Shown here: positions 35,201-50,135 of the stretch, piece after piece
Position numbering within the stretch: position 1 is the first letter of the stretch
Layout of the letters: each line of letters starts with the position of its first letter
From: Fimbriosthenelais zetlandica
Lineage: Eukaryota
Assembly: GCA_977030845.1 (NCBI GenBank)
Contig: OZ365111.1
Span: 42,284,001-42,348,000, forward strand
Length of the DNA: 64,000 bases
Direction of reading: 5' to 3'
Translations under genes and position numbers: made by a program
Notes under the pieces: generated by a model
Told to the model about the DNA's origin: nothing
Database searches by the model: none
What the model saw: only the letters and a program-made list of their open reading frames with translations

Positions 35201-38200
35201 TGAGAATCAACAGGACCATAAAATGATTCAACATTACAAACAAGCTTTATCATCGACAAAGACAGTAAAAATAGTTCCTGGTGGAAGGATACATGTCATA
35301 TATATGTACAAGTCACGTATTGTACGAGGTCCATACCACATATATAATACATTTATACCACATAATCCGGGGTTGATATTGGTGCCTATAGTTATGTACT
35401 ATAGTTTCACTACTTCAAATATTATTGTATTAAAAATGAAAAACTAGGAAGTACATACTAGGAGGTTTTCTACCATAAGATGGATGCTAATTTTGGACTT
35501 TATTCCGCGAAGCTAGGATTGGAAACTAGTTTTATGTCAACCAACAGTTGTTACATAAAAATTAAAAGTTATGTAGTGACGATGCTATCCAATCGCTGTT
35601 ATTATGCCATTTTCTTCTTAAGAAGAAATATGACACTTTGTTCCTGTTTTACATATTAAACATTTTGAAACATTCCTTTTCTCTGGTTAGTTGAATTATT
35701 AGGCCTACTCAAGCTGTTAGATTTGAGTTGGTAAGTTATGTACACTTTTTATGCAACAAATAGTATATGGCTATTGTTTGTAAAAGGTTGTATTGTTATG
35801 CAATATATTTAGCCTTTTCAAGCTTTAATCAAAAATGAAATGGAAGACAATAGAAGACTACGTCGGTGACGTTGGGAAAATTTCTTGTTTGGGCACATAT
35901 TGCATATAATTAGGCAAATATAGTCATTGGGAAGTAGCAAATGACCCAAGTGTAAGGTTGTAAAGGATCAATTTTCCTGCCTTCGTTCATATATACAGGC
36001 CCCTGATAAAGGGTCACTGCGTGCACTGGGGTGTTGGGGAGGAGGAGTGGGGAAGGGGAAGGGGGAAGACGTGGGGGAGGGTGGGAGTACATGGGTGGTA
36101 GGTTAGTGGGAAATAGTTGAAGTTAGATACATTTAGATAATATATATGCCCTCATAGATGTTTGGTGTTCCATAAAGACGCTACCCCTTAATCAAACTGG
36201 TCATCAGTTATGACCATATATGGAAATGCAAATTAGGACAGCGAAGAGGCGTGGCTATAGGTCCATTGTACCATTAAAGTTATACGCATGTATATTACCA
36301 GTTGTATAATTATAATTCTAGGCAAACAGCTATGTGTATAATTATTAGGTCCCTTGATTTGAACACAAGTTTTACGTGGCAATTTGACTTGTCCATAAAT
36401 ATAGCCTTATGCAACGCCTGACATCTCCAGAGTTGAAATTAGAAAAACAAGAGAGAATAATTTGGAAAGAGATTAATATATAAAACCAGTTTCTCCATTT
36501 AAATGTTTTCATATACAACAAATTAAATATAGAGCATTTATAGAAAATGTCATTAAAATCTTTAATATAGAATATTGTCATAAAACTGTTTAGATTCCCT
36601 ATAGACATACTAACGTATATGCTGAGAATTAATTAAGGTTAAAAAATAAGGGTTAATAATTTACATACCCAAACTTGTCAGAGCAGGGCTAGTGTGGGTT
36701 GTAATTACACCTAACTAGAGAATGAGATCATCCATTGACGATATTATTTAATTATTTACATATTATTGTTATGATTCATGAGCGTCTATTCATAGAGATA
36801 ATTTTCTCGTGTGTGCATGTATGCAAGGTCCGTGTACATATGCCTTGATGAATATGGAATAATCCGAGTTATTATTCAGCTAAATGCTTTTATGTATATA
36901 TATGTATATATCCATATATGCAAATATAGGAATTGTAATACATATTCATATATACCGGCCCATGCGTTAAAAATATTTTCATAAATATATCCATTTAATT
37001 ATTTGGTTGCGTCAAGGAATTTTATCAAATAATAAGCTTAAATAATTTATCTTGGGATAGGAGTTAAATTTTACTTAATCTGAAGGTATGGAATTCGATA
37101 CATTTTTTTTTACATAATTAAGGAAAAGGAAGATTCTTTATAGACGTCTTTGATGTCCATTTCGCTAGTCTGTGCTTGCATGTTTTTCTTCACAAAAAGG
37201 AAGGAAAACAATGCACAGACCATCTCCCTCCCCCGCTCCCACAATGTGAACAATTAAGTAAATGTTTCCGATAGATACGGCCTATATACAGTGATTTATG
37301 GCGGTGTACGGACTGACCCGGGGATTCATGAATATAGATGTTTATGACACATGTGTAATACACATACATGTATGTCCCCTACATATCCCACTCTCCTCTT
37401 GACCACTTGTTTCCCTCTCTCACTCAATGCGTGTCCCTCACATTTCTACATTTATTTATGGGTTCACAAGGCGGTCAATAGTAAAGATGTTAACGTCCTG
37501 AAGGCAGTCCCCCACTGGTGCGATCTTTTGCGACACAAATGTGACACATACGTGGAAGGAAACATGATCCACCAGTGGAGGAAATCCGGATGGCTTTCGA
37601 CACTTTCTGTCGCAATTTATCACTTTTATAGTTACGTAATATCATCGCAAAAAAAGTCACCAGTGTGTCGCATGCAGCAGTGGATGATGGGCTTAACCAT
37701 ACAATATATATACACAGTGACACACACCACAAATATGTATAATTATAAAGTGTAACGAGATACGGGCCATTCACTAGATATTCCTAGAAATTCATGAATA
37801 AAAGAAAAATAGTAAAACAAAATCTGGTATGGGTTCCTAAAAATTGTACAGAGGTTCGCATTTTATAGCAAATTAGATACGCATAAATTCAGATTTAGGT
37901 TCTCAAATACAAATATGACATTTTCAAAAAAACGATACTTTTTCTATTTTATTTTTTAAACTAAAAGTTACGATAATTGATATAGCAAATTATCATTTGT
38001 ACCACACGATTATTTCAGGTAATGCAACAACTTGTGCATAAATAACATGTATTTATTTCTCCAAGGATCATTGCTATCAGTATTTACACTATAGCATGAT
38101 CAGGCACGGCACTGCCATCTCGTGTCAAAAATAGGCAACAGGAGTTTTTTTTATGTTACGGATTCTTTTTATCCGCGACAATACACACACAAAAAAGCCG

Positions 38201-39194
38201 ATGGTGTGACAAGACTAAATTCTAAATTTACGACATTTGTAAGTCAAAAAAACAAAGGTAGCCAAAAAACTGGTGCGCAAATAAAATGACGAACAGCAAT
38301 CATTCAAACACGTTATACATCAATTATAACATGTATGTCTGAAAGGGGGGAATACAACTCTAAATCTGTATAGCTGAATTTCAAGCGAATGTTTCTTTTT
38401 TTTAAATTGATGCTTTGGCACGGTAAGTCATAAGTGCTTCCTGAAAAATGGAATAGGGACACGCGATATAAGGGCAGGCGTGATGCTGGGCCGAGCGACA
38501 GAACATAATACATATTACATGGGTGAGACCTTAACATTGCGTGACTACCCTCCCCCATATACTGGTCCTGCCCCCTCGATATGGAGGGTACCCGGGGGGT
38601 AATATTCAATGCCCGACTAAACCTACCTATAGGCACTTATTTAACCCCCACCCCTTCAAATTTTCAAAGAGGAACTCATTTTTTTGCACTTGAAAAAACA
38701 CTAACAGAAACTGGGATTGGCAAATTATAGGAATTTAACCGGATCAACCAATTCATACAATCTAAGAGTTAACCTTTTTGCTTCCATTGCAATTTATAAA
38801 TTTATATTTTTTTTAAATTTCCAATGAATAGATAATATTGATCAATATAATGTATATATTTTCAATACATTTTAAAATGGAAAATTTAAAATATTATAAT
38901 GTCCTGTCCCAATCACTGATTGAACATTTTTAAGGCAAGAAAGACTCCAAAAGACAAAAAAGTAGGCCTAATTATAAAAAAATGTAATGACTTTATAAAC
39001 GCATGATTACATTATTGGCAGTTCACATCAAGGGGAATGTATAATCTTCATGGACCCTTTAAACCGAACTCTACAGTGTTTCCTCACTTCCCACCCTTTA
39101 TAGGCTATAGGCTAAGCTATTTACCCTGGTGCTATAATGCTTCTTATACCAATCCGCAAATTCCACCTTCAATAATTATTTCTGCCACATAGCT

Positions 39195-39290
39195 ATTTTG
39201 TATCAACACAAGGAAAAGGGAATCAATTTACACTATTTGTGAACTATTCATTGGTATAAAGACATTTTTTTCCAGTCGTTTCACTCGTGG
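39195..39290. mobile_element. Inverted partial copy of the 15.6 kb repeat
   Basis: 47/50 identity block plus the exact 14-mer CGTTTCACTCGTGG (39277-39290), reverse complement of 15614-15627. Confidence 0.7.
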
Positions 39291-42175
39291 TATCTCTTAC
39301 TATATCTATGATAAATTGCACCTGGAACGGTACTCACATAGGGGTGGGGCACCCTGTTAAAAGTGGCCGCTCCCAACTTCCACGACCACTAACACCACTG
39401 TTAGTGAGTACCCCGACCAGGGCCCCAGCCTCCTGTACTGTGAACTCCTGATTATTATGACGACTCCGCGAGTAGTGGAGTTCATCTGGTGAACTCGTGC
39501 GCGCATTGCACGCCGGATGACCCCGAGCAGATCGTACACACCCACCCCTAACAATCTCCCATCACTTACACAACAATACAAATCAACTGCGGAATTCACA
39601 AATATCTCTGGCAAACATTGCTGAATTTTAATTATGCAAAGCCAAATTCCCCCTTTCAATAATATTAAATATTTTCAATTTTAACTATAGGGGCCTAATC
39701 TATCATTTCATTTCTGAGATAATTTTAATTGGAAATATTTATTTTAGAAATTCGTCGGAAATTAATGCATTGGAGGTTTAAGGTTGAGCTACTTTGTAAA
39801 ACAAAAATAAGACATTAAGGAGGGGGGGATTGAGAAATTATTAACGGGTATTGAAGCGTAGAGTGAGAAATATAAAGAAGGCCCTCGTTAGCTATGACAT
39901 TGTGGTTAGAGCACTCGGCGCTAAATCAGAAATTTTGACATTTTGCATGTCCAGCTGTCACTCGTATTGAATTAAACACGCGTTTTGTTATAGAAGTGTT
40001 CGATTATGACCATTCACTGTATTTCAAACCTTTGTTTCCATTGCACTTAAGCTTTTTATATTCTGCACCGAGAAAAACCCCATTAAACCCTACATAGAAC
40101 ATGTTCCCTAGTGCAGCATGCTATCCTGCACTTAAAAATACCCCACTTTCTCCCACTTACTCTCCCAAGCTTGGTTAGTCCGCGGGTGCCTACTTAATGC
40201 ACGCACGATTATCTCCATCAAAAGGCTAGAAGTGTGTAGGGGTATATGTAACTTCACCCTACATGTACTGCCCCCTCCCGTTAGGCCACCGGTTGCGTTA
40301 TTATGACCTTTGTCTTGCCATGGCAACCGCGGGGCAGTGCACCGGAAGTGCTGCTCATGTCCAAGGTCGCGCTACTCGTACGTACCCGCTGACCTCTGGT
40401 CACTGGCCGAGGACAATGAACGAGAACAATAATTATCATCCATGTTTTTGCCAAGTCCTCCCTTCAGTCAAAAGTCACGACCATGTGAGAGGGATGGGAA
40501 CCGGGCGTCCACTGGAAATGATGCCATCCCCACGACCCCCCTGACCTCTACTCCCCTATTGATGTCTATATAATACCGATTGAGTCATGAACCCTATTGA
40601 CTTTTTTCTTCGCGCCAACATTGGTCATCAGGGTTTATATTGTTATCATTATATTAAACCTCTACCTGACCATCGGGTGAACCCGTCACATGAATATAAT
40701 GCTGTTGCCAAGCATATTAAATGACATGTATAGACATGTAGGATAATACATGATGGGCCATAGGTCGGGGTTGGGGTGGTCAAATATGAGAAACTGGACT
40801 TTTTCATATCATAGGTTTGGCATGTTTAAATTAATGTTTTTCATAGCCCCTACATGGAAATCTATAGGCCTATAGTCTTGGACGCAAAGCAGTCAATGCA
40901 AAGTCCGGAAAATTTCCATTTTCATTTCAATTTTCTATTTTTACGGAACATGTTCGAATATGAAGAAAATTATATGTAATATAATAGCCTATAGTTAAAG
41001 ACATAATTTGTGACATAATTATTCGGACCAATATCTTACCTAATAGTAATAGGCCTACAATGCATGGGTAATGGTCAATAGGCTACAATTATAAGGGTGC
41101 ATGTGATCCAAAATCAAAGTTTGTAAAACTCGAGAAATGTCATGGAATTTCTGCAATGTAGAAAGTGCCTGGAAACGCAGTTATGCATGACATATATTTT
41201 CAAAAATAAGAGTGGGTGTGGGTTTTGGGGTGGTGCGCACCCATACCCCTCCCCCCAACCCACCTTAGTTACCGACCTGTCTGTGGATAGTCGCATGGCG
41301 TGACATGCTAGAAATGACCATAACATTGGACAATAGGTACCGGGTGGTGAACGTTATGGGGCATTGATAGCCCCCACCCCCGGGTCAGCCGCGGACCATT
41401 AGCAGGGCATTAACATTACTTACTATTGTAAACATAATAATAACCCCGAATAAAGACCCCTCCACTGCTCATCTGCTGTCAGCATGTACACATGGGCTCC
41501 AATATGGCCTCTCATCCTCACATTATTTGAAATATTAGAACTCCTGGCACTGATTCATAACAGCAACGAACCAAACAAAATAAATTCACAAAATAAATAA
41601 ATTTTCCTAAGAAAAAAAGAAAATTAATATTAAGAGTAGTAATTACTTCATTCAAGGAAAACAACTTGCAAAGTAAGTAAGTTTTGACATGAAACTTAAA
41701 CTAAATCATAACTAAAACTTTTCCAAAAGAAAAATATGATTGTATAGCCTAACATTTATCAATTATTCTAAAAAAAAATAAGCTAAGACCATTGCTGGAC
41801 AATTGTTTGGTATATTAGCATATTCATAAAATAATGAATATATTTAGTGGACAAAGACCACATACTTCCCGCGCCTTCCTTCATTAACACATAATTCCTT
41901 TATACGTTAATGATATAATAAAAGCATGATTATATGATTATACAACACCTGCAACTATAGCCTCCAGATGCCTTGTATCCTCAGCTGCATTATTGATATG
42001 TATAAATAATTCATAATTCCCACACACCTATATTATTATACACATGTGATGTCATATGTTTTTGGCATGCACATCTACACTACTCGCAAAACAATTAGAG
42101 ATAATTTGGTAATAATATCATTTCAGTCAGAATGATAAGAAATGTTCCAATTTGAACCTGTTACCACCATTTATG

Positions 42176-42430
42176 GAGTAGTCGTTTGCCTGTCTAATTG
42201 CAAGAGTACCCACTTGCTTCTCCAATTGCTAGAATACTCATTCGCCGCTCTAATTTCTGGAGTACTCCTGTGCCTCCCTATAATTGCTAGCACTTCCCAT
42301 GCCACAAAATGAGTACTCACCTGCCTCCGTAGAATGTAGAATACTCATTTGTCTCCGTGCATTTTGGTGAATTCAGATTGTATGTTCATTATTTTCGGCA
42401 TTTCCCTAACTTTTGGTGAGTCAGTATCTT
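42176..42430. repeat. Dispersed element with internal 28-bp minisatellite (copy 1)
   Basis: Units start at 42176, 42204, 42232, 42260 (consensus about GAGTACTCATTTGCCTCTCTAATTGCTA), followed by GGTGAATTCAGA...CCCTAACTTTT. Confidence 0.75.
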
Positions 42431-42744
42431 ACATGAAATTCATGCACATGTAACCATCTCATGCAAAACCTTGCCTGCCTGAATTATGATAACTCCTACC
42501 CCTGACTCTCAGGGGTTATAATGTTGCATGACTGGCATGCTATGATAAGGCAGCTATGTTTCATTATCAGGTCATTAATAAAAGATTTAGTCACTATGAC
42601 ATCCATGTACAAGGCTCATGTACAGTGATTGTCATTACGTCAGGCATGGAGAGCTGACGCAAGGATGAGGTAGTAACAGACTTATTAAAAAGAGGTTCTG
42701 TACATGACAGATAGGAAAAGAGGGCCACATAGCATGTATGAGTG

Positions 42745-43230
42745 CCTGCCTGACTGGCCAACTAGCTGCTGACTGGCTGACTGACTGAAACCCCAACAGA
42801 CTCAGTAACTGGCTGGCTGGGTCAGGGACAGACAGGCTGGCGGGCTGATTGGTTAACTGACTGACTGGCTGGCTGAGTGATTGACTGACTGACTGGCTGG
42901 CGGAGTGATTGACTGACTGACGGACTGGCTGAGTAATTGACTTACTGACTGACTGACTGACTGATTGCCCGTCTGGTCAAATGCTTGGTAGACAGGGTGC
43001 CTGCTCGACAGGCCTGGTAGTTTGGTAGGACTTGGTAGGTAGGTGAATGACTACATGAATGAGTAATAGTAACATGGGTGCCTGGCTGGCTGCATGAATG
43101 GATGAATGAATGAAATGGATGAATGAATGAAAGGATGAATGAGTAAGAGTAGTGAGGTAGTGAGTGAGTGAGTGAGTGTGTGAGTGAGCGGGCCAATGAA
43201 TGAGTGAGCAGTTCAATGAATGAGTGAGTG
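42745..43230. repeat. Compound degenerate tetranucleotide microsatellite (TGAC/TGGC, TGAA, TGAG)
   Basis: Read directly; explains the spurious ORFs at 42942-43216. Confidence 0.9.
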
Positions 43231-45537
43231 TGTATACTAGAAGAGTATCTTTGTTATAGCCATAACCAACACATTGAGTAACTCAGTGAGAAGCTCGATA
43301 TACAATCTAACCTGTGTTAATTATAATGCTCTCATTGAGGACAATGCCTTCATCGTTAGAATCATGTCTTACTATAACCTATAGTAGGGAGAGGTGGAGC
43401 CATGTCTATAGACGGGAGCTGCTCATTGTTTTCATTCAACTCGTGGCGTACTCAGGAGAGCCACTCACCTCCGATCACGAGTGACTCATTCCACGCTCAA
43501 TAGACTCACCAAAGTCCACTTCATTCCACAATTATTTTTTGTCATAAATCTGATAAAATTACACCTAAAACATTGACCAGATACAGTTGATTAAAATCCC
43601 TTATATTTGCCATAAAGTGTCGTTTGTTAACATACGTTTGAAGCAATTTAAATGGGATTTATTGTAATAAAAGTGGTATAAGAAATTGATGAGTAATTCT
43701 GGATATTAGGGTATGGGGCATGTCTAACCAAAGGCTTAAAAAGGCCGGCCATTCATTGTACACAGCGTGTAGCAATGTGAGTAGAATGTGGGTTAAGACG
43801 CTTCTGGATCCAGTCAAAAACATGTATCAAATATGCCAGGAAATACCTTTAATTCCTAAAAAAAAAAAACCCTGAGGTGAAACTTTCTCCGAAATAAAAA
43901 TATTCAATGTATCTAGATCTCATAACATCTTAACATTTATAGAAAATATCATATAATGACAATATTGAATGGGGAAAAACAGGAAGATATATTAAGGCCC
44001 AACAAAACAGTATCAATGACAGAATAACGATAGGGAAGTCAAATCTAAATAGAATATACTTCTTTCCTTCAGAAAAAAGGAAATAATAAATTAATGGTGT
44101 CATAGTTTGGATATTTTCCAATAAATGTAATAAATATGAGCATGGACACACTAGTTGCTAGTGTTCCGGCCCCCTCACCCATGCACCATCTCACATAATG
44201 CACCCTACTTATGTAATTCCCACAATAGGGGAAATACTTGCCAACATTCCGACGTAATGAGTCCATGTTTTGGCGAGGCAAGAAGCTAGTTCCCATCAAA
44301 ACCACTTCCATTTTGGCAAAAACAATGTCCTCTTTCTCCGAGGTGTAAATAAGGCACTCTTCCTTAAATACTTACTCATCTTTGAGTATACTTTTATGTA
44401 ACAATAGTTGAGAAAATATAAAGTGGGCTTTTTATATTGTTCAGCAAAATAGAAATTATGAAATAATAAAGTTGAAATTCAATGAAATACAAAACCATAA
44501 CAGGATTTTCACGAATTCCTCAGATTTTTTAAAAATAAGGTGGAAATGAAAGAAATTACTTACAATGTTTTTTAAAATGCGATCACCGAGGTGGTGGTAA
44601 TTTCCACAAATGCACTGTAGTACAAAGGCAGGCGTACACACATGGAGGGGGCGGCCTGCACCTAGTGTATTGAGTTCTAACTATTGACTGTCATTGAGGC
44701 AGTGACCATGTGCCAGGTTATTTGGCTGTGTTGGCATTCTATACGCACCACCTACTATACCCTCTACCCAGCGCTGCTCAACGCTGCAAATCGACCGCCA
44801 ACTAATGTATGTTTCATAGCGAGGCCGATGATTGGTGGAGACGAGTCACATGACCCAAGAGTAGCGTTCCATTCATGGTGATGCGGCAATGAGAGGGACT
44901 TGTACAATGCTTAATGCAATGAGAATGATATTGCACGGCTGATGGGAGAGGGGGAGAGGAAAGGGGCGTAGAGGAGTTGGGGAGGGTTGGACTTGGAGGG
45001 GAGGTAAAACTATGATTGTTGATTGAAAAGTACTACATGTATTATGTAAAACAATAATTGATTTTACACCTACTGCTTATTGCATAACATCGAAAAAGCT
45101 AAAACAAAAAGAAGCAGAAATTATGTCATTTCCTATGAATTAAAATAATATACAAACACAAGTTAAAGATTGTTTCCCAGTAAAAAGTAACGTTACTTGG
45201 AAAAATTCCAGCAATTTAGGATATCGCTCGATGGATTTTATTTCTATTTGTAGGGGGCTGATGGTTTGGGCGTCAGGGGGAAGGGGAGGGGGGCAAGAAA
45301 GAAGCTGAGTATATAAAGAGGGCCTTACATGGTACAGAAATATTTTTTGAGTCAGAACTGAGAAAGCCAACCGGATTCTGATGGGGAGGGGATCCCCCAG
45401 CAAATGTGGGGCACTCTGAATTATTGTGGGTTTACATTCAGATAACTGGGCAAACCCAAAACTAAGATGCTGATGCATGAGAATAAAGTATATTTCTTGG
45501 CAATAATGAATAACAAAATTTCCACACAATGGATTTT

Positions 45538-45600
45538 AGTGGCTTATGCGGTGTTTCAACTGAATGTGCAAGGTCCGAAGTTCAATTCCCTAAGCATTCT
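45538..45600 (+). mobile_element. Fragment of the second SINE-like family
   Basis: AGGTCCGAAGTTCAATTCCCTAAGCATTCT aligns with the minus-strand copy at about 51685-51715; degenerate A box GTGGCTTATGCGG. Confidence 0.45.
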
Positions 45601-46901
45601 GCACTTTGGCATCCCCCAAACTCTGCCAACTGCAACTGCAAGAAGTATTGAGAAGGCCAGCCATTCCTCGGCTGCGTTGCACAACAATGCTTTATGGTTG
45701 TAAAATTGCCATTCACACCTAACAAGTTGTTACACAGTGTCCTGTGTCCGGACTCAGCTGGCTGGTGTAATGATATAGGCGTTACTTAACTGCTGAATCA
45801 CCCTTTATCTGATCCTCTGTCTCAACTGATGATCAGCTTTTATATGTTTCATAACACTGTCATTGAAACCACCAACGGCCAGGGTAACTCGTGACTCAAG
45901 AGTTAAACAGTTTTATTTTCTTTTTTCAAAACGTTTAAAATAATTCATCATGACATCAGCCCATCATATGATAAATTATTTTCAATGATATAATGTTATG
46001 TTTTTCTCTTTCAATAAAATTTAATGTTCTCACCAGACAATATGGGAGACATACATCTCGTAAAAGACAGTGGGAGACATGGTTGGCCATGACATGCCTC
46101 TCACCATATTGAGACAAGACACGACAGACAGTGGGAGGCATGACTTGTTATTCATGAGTTACTTGGAAGTTATGAAGTGTTATACACCATTACCTCAGTT
46201 TGTATAATTGCTCTCAATCTTATTTAATATTTGGCCTCACAGCTTTCAGGTCATAAGAAGAAAGTCAAACAGTATATTGTGAGGGATCCAACAAAATATA
46301 CTCTAAATATTGACGCATCCAGATATAATTGAGAAGAAAATATAACAAAATAAAAATGCTTAAAAATTTAATAGTCATTCCCATCAATGAATATATTTCA
46401 TCCTGCAGGAAACATTTTGTTTTTAAAATTCTTCCAAAGTTTGAAGAATTTATAATGTAACTCACCATTTATTTCATTGACATCCTACACAACAATTCGC
46501 CAGGACATTGTCAACATAAAGTGCTCACATATTGACAAGCTTCAATAAAACTTATAAATCAGCTCCCCTCATCGTACCACCTGCATGCCGCTGCCGCTAC
46601 ATCTAATCTTTTCATCGTTACTATTATTTTCCTCCCAGAATAACATCAGCAACATTCATAAAAATCTTCCAGAGAATCGATAAGAGATGTCAATACTTGA
46701 TGATGAATAATTGATATAGATTTGTTTAGTATTGACCTGCCATATGTTACACGCTATGTATGTAGGCCTTCACTATCTCTACCCCCTATCTGCCCCTCAT
46801 CATTTCCCTTTCAAAATCTCCATGAAATATTGTGCACGAAACCAACTGGTCATTTGCACATTATTGGATCTTTATTATAAGGACCAGGTGCACTATAATG
46901 A

Positions 46902-47230
46902 TACAGTGGAGTCTTGCTGAACGGGCACCTCATTAAAGTGACCACTAAATGGTCAGAAGCAAATGGTGCACTTATTCCCTCAAGCGACCATCTCGCAAGG
47001 TGTCCACTAAATTACCAGCACTGAATTTTTCACACCACTACGACATACTCACTAAAGCGAAACTCTCTAAAGCGACCATCTCACCCCCGATCTCACCATG
47101 TGCCCACCAAAAAGGCAGATCCAAATTAGTTTAAACTCCACTAAAACATACTCACTAAAGCGACTATCCCAATATACGACCATAATCATGCTAGTTCAGT
47201 TTCAGGGGTGGTCGCATTGGCCAAACTTTA
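46902..47230. mobile_element. Tc1/mariner-pogo-like MITE relic
   Basis: TA|CAGTGGA start and four internal (T)AAGCGAC-like repeats (about 46982, 47053, 47067, 47156); right end not resolved. Confidence 0.4.
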
Positions 47231-50039
47231 TTAAGTCGAGTAAAGCACTTGCTAGCAGGTAAAACAAGTGCCTATCATGATTAAGCCATTATTTTTTTCC
47301 GTTTATCTCCCAAAATCCTAGCGTAAAAGTGACAGAGGAAGTTGATAAATTGAGCTTATTAACATAGATACTATTCACATTTCGATCAGGCCGTTATAAA
47401 TGTAGTGAGGCTGAGAGTCGTGATAAATGTAGTCCCGAGTGGCTCGGTAATTAAAGTGCAATATGGTGGTTCAATCTCAACCTTAATCAAATATTTTATT
47501 TTATATAATTACCACTTTAAACACGCGGTGCACTGCATGAAAGTTAGGCCGAAAAAGAAACAAATTGTTTCCCAATAACTTGGGAAGTGTACGAATTCGA
47601 AAGGATGCATTTTTGTTTTATTTTTATATAAGGTATATATTTAATATATTCTTAGACAAATCTCTTGGATAAATTTTAAGTTTTCATATATATTCCAAAT
47701 ATTCAGGGCTAAGGTAGTATCCAAATACATGGATATTATTTTATTTACCATTTCATATTTCGTAATTTATAACTTAGTATAGATTGTACTTTAAAACTGA
47801 GTTTAAATATGGAAAAACTATTCGTATTCACAGTTTTGTGTCCTTACGGCAATAGGGTTGGTCAATGATAATACAATAACAAATGTACCTCCTGGAAACT
47901 CCAGATCTTATCAAAATGTATCACGAAAAACAATCTATATTGTGAATATAAATCACCATTATCACTGGCACTTTTCATGCACCAAGAGTACAAAGCCATA
48001 ACTTTTATTTCATTATATCATAGTAATTCTAGAGACCCCACTATGTTATTATTTTTGGATATTTTGTCTGTTATCAGATATATAAATATAAATCAATCAG
48101 GTAATTCATGAGTTATCTCAATGCGTGTGTGTAATATAGGCCTAAGCATTATTTTTTATGACCAGTAATTAAAAAAAATAATTAAAACTTAAAAAACAAT
48201 CACGTGTCGGTGTTCGATAAGTAGCCTATTTTATATTAAAAATTTTTTAAAAAAAAAGCTGATGAAAATCAGTCATATTTCTTGAGAATTTCCGGCATTC
48301 CATCAGGTATAGATGCATGAAAAAGTGCAATATTTTCATGCGTTCAGAATATAAGTGCTTTTAGGGTACATATCTATACTAGCACTAACCAGCTGTCTAA
48401 TGCACTAAACATTTTCTTCCTACTGGATAGTAAGCTATCAATGTCATAACTACCGGATGGTCAAAGTCAGTTAATATTGCACCTGTTTAGTGTAACAGCA
48501 GTTGCATGTAATGCAATTTTGATTGAGCTCTAACATACCCATGTATATCATGGCCATTGGTATGTGCTTTATTTCTTTAAAATATAATAATTTTCATAAC
48601 AATGCAGAGATGCAATAGATCTATAATCAAATAAATGCCTCACTTCTTGTGGCTAAAACAACAGAGATCCATGGAAAGGATCAATGACTCTCTTCTATAA
48701 AGCATAAAAACCGTCATTGAATAAATACCTGAAATCCTGAAATTGCCTAAAAATTTAATTACCATGCAATATATGAATCAATGTAGACCTACCTGTCAGG
48801 ATCCTGAGCGACTCAGGCGAAGCTAAGTGGACAAGACGTAGCGGTGTGAGTACCTCAAACTTGACCACTCCCCATCAACCCCAGTCACTGTAGATACAAA
48901 AGACAAAACGAGCAATGAACATAAGTGCTTCTCTTCAATATGAATACATACATGGGGGTTTCCCTCCTCCCCACCACCACCCACAGCCCCTGGGCATTCC
49001 GTGAAATGGCCGAGTGTGAATGAAATGAGCATTTCAGGGAAGGGAGGGCCATATGGTTGAGACCCACTGTGTGTAGGTTTATACTTGTTTGGTTGGGTGG
49101 CTGGTTTTACGCAATGATGATCTAAGAATGTATATCGGCAGGGGGTTCTCTATAAAACGTGATAAAAGTTGACACGTTTGTGGTTAGTTGTGTAAGGCGG
49201 GGACTGATACCAGAGTAAGAGGCCACATCCGTGTTAAAGTGTAGGCTACTCAATGGGAAGAGCTTGGGTAGAGAAAGGTGAGTGGGTGGGGTGGGGCTGT
49301 TTGTGTAATCAGAACCTATTTTCTTCATTAAATTCCAAAGAAAACTCCTTTCATTCAATCGCCTCGCCCGTATTCTGCATTAAAAAGAAGCTACCATATT
49401 CGGATTTATATGCCTAATTTCATAATTGGAGGGGAAAGAATCATTTATTCCATACTGGTATATCTGAAATATATCACGTGGCTAAGGGACACAATTGCTG
49501 CCTAGTTTATTTATAGACGCAGCCTCGCCTGCCGTAAAGAGTATCGCCAGCCGCAAACAGTATCGTCTAGACGCATTACGTCATTGAGCAAGCTAGGTCA
49601 AGTGACTGAGATCTAGGAGAGATCTATGTCGGTTCACCTAGAAATAATCAGCACCTAGTGCTGTGGGCCTCGCTAGGTGGTCTGTAGGGAGGATATAGTT
49701 ACACCTGTGATATGTAATCTAGGACTACTTATACTTGATCTATTTTGTCAAAGCAAAGAAAAAATGAGGTGGGGACCTACTGTGTCTTTGGAAGGGCGGG
49801 GCCGGGGTTAGTGAATATTGGCTTAAAGTCAGAATGTTGTCAGCTATCTCAGGTCAAAGGGAAACAGAATTAGCGATGCTATGCTTTGCCTTTTGAAACG
49901 CCCACAGATCTCCCCCTATAGTATCATGCCGTTAACATAGGCCTATCTCCTTTTCCATGTTGTATGATTTCACGTCTTATTAAAATAAAGTCGATGTACA
50001 TGTATTTCATAATCACTAATACTGGGCCCCCAAATAGAT

Positions 50040-50135
50040 ATATAGGCGATTCTCCGAGCGATAGCTGCGCGAAACTATATTCCCTGTCACACCCACCCAG
50101 TTTCGCGCAGCCATCGCTTGGAGAATCGCCTATAT
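50040..50135. repeat. 96-bp fold-back (37-bp inverted arms)
   Basis: Arms 50040-50076 / 50099-50135 with 2 mismatches and a 22-nt spacer. Confidence 0.9.

Noticed and set aside
42176-42360. CRISPR-like array (28-bp period; also the 21-bp array at 57704-57755)
   Set aside because: Units are contiguous and degenerate with no unique spacers, no cas genes, eukaryotic context.
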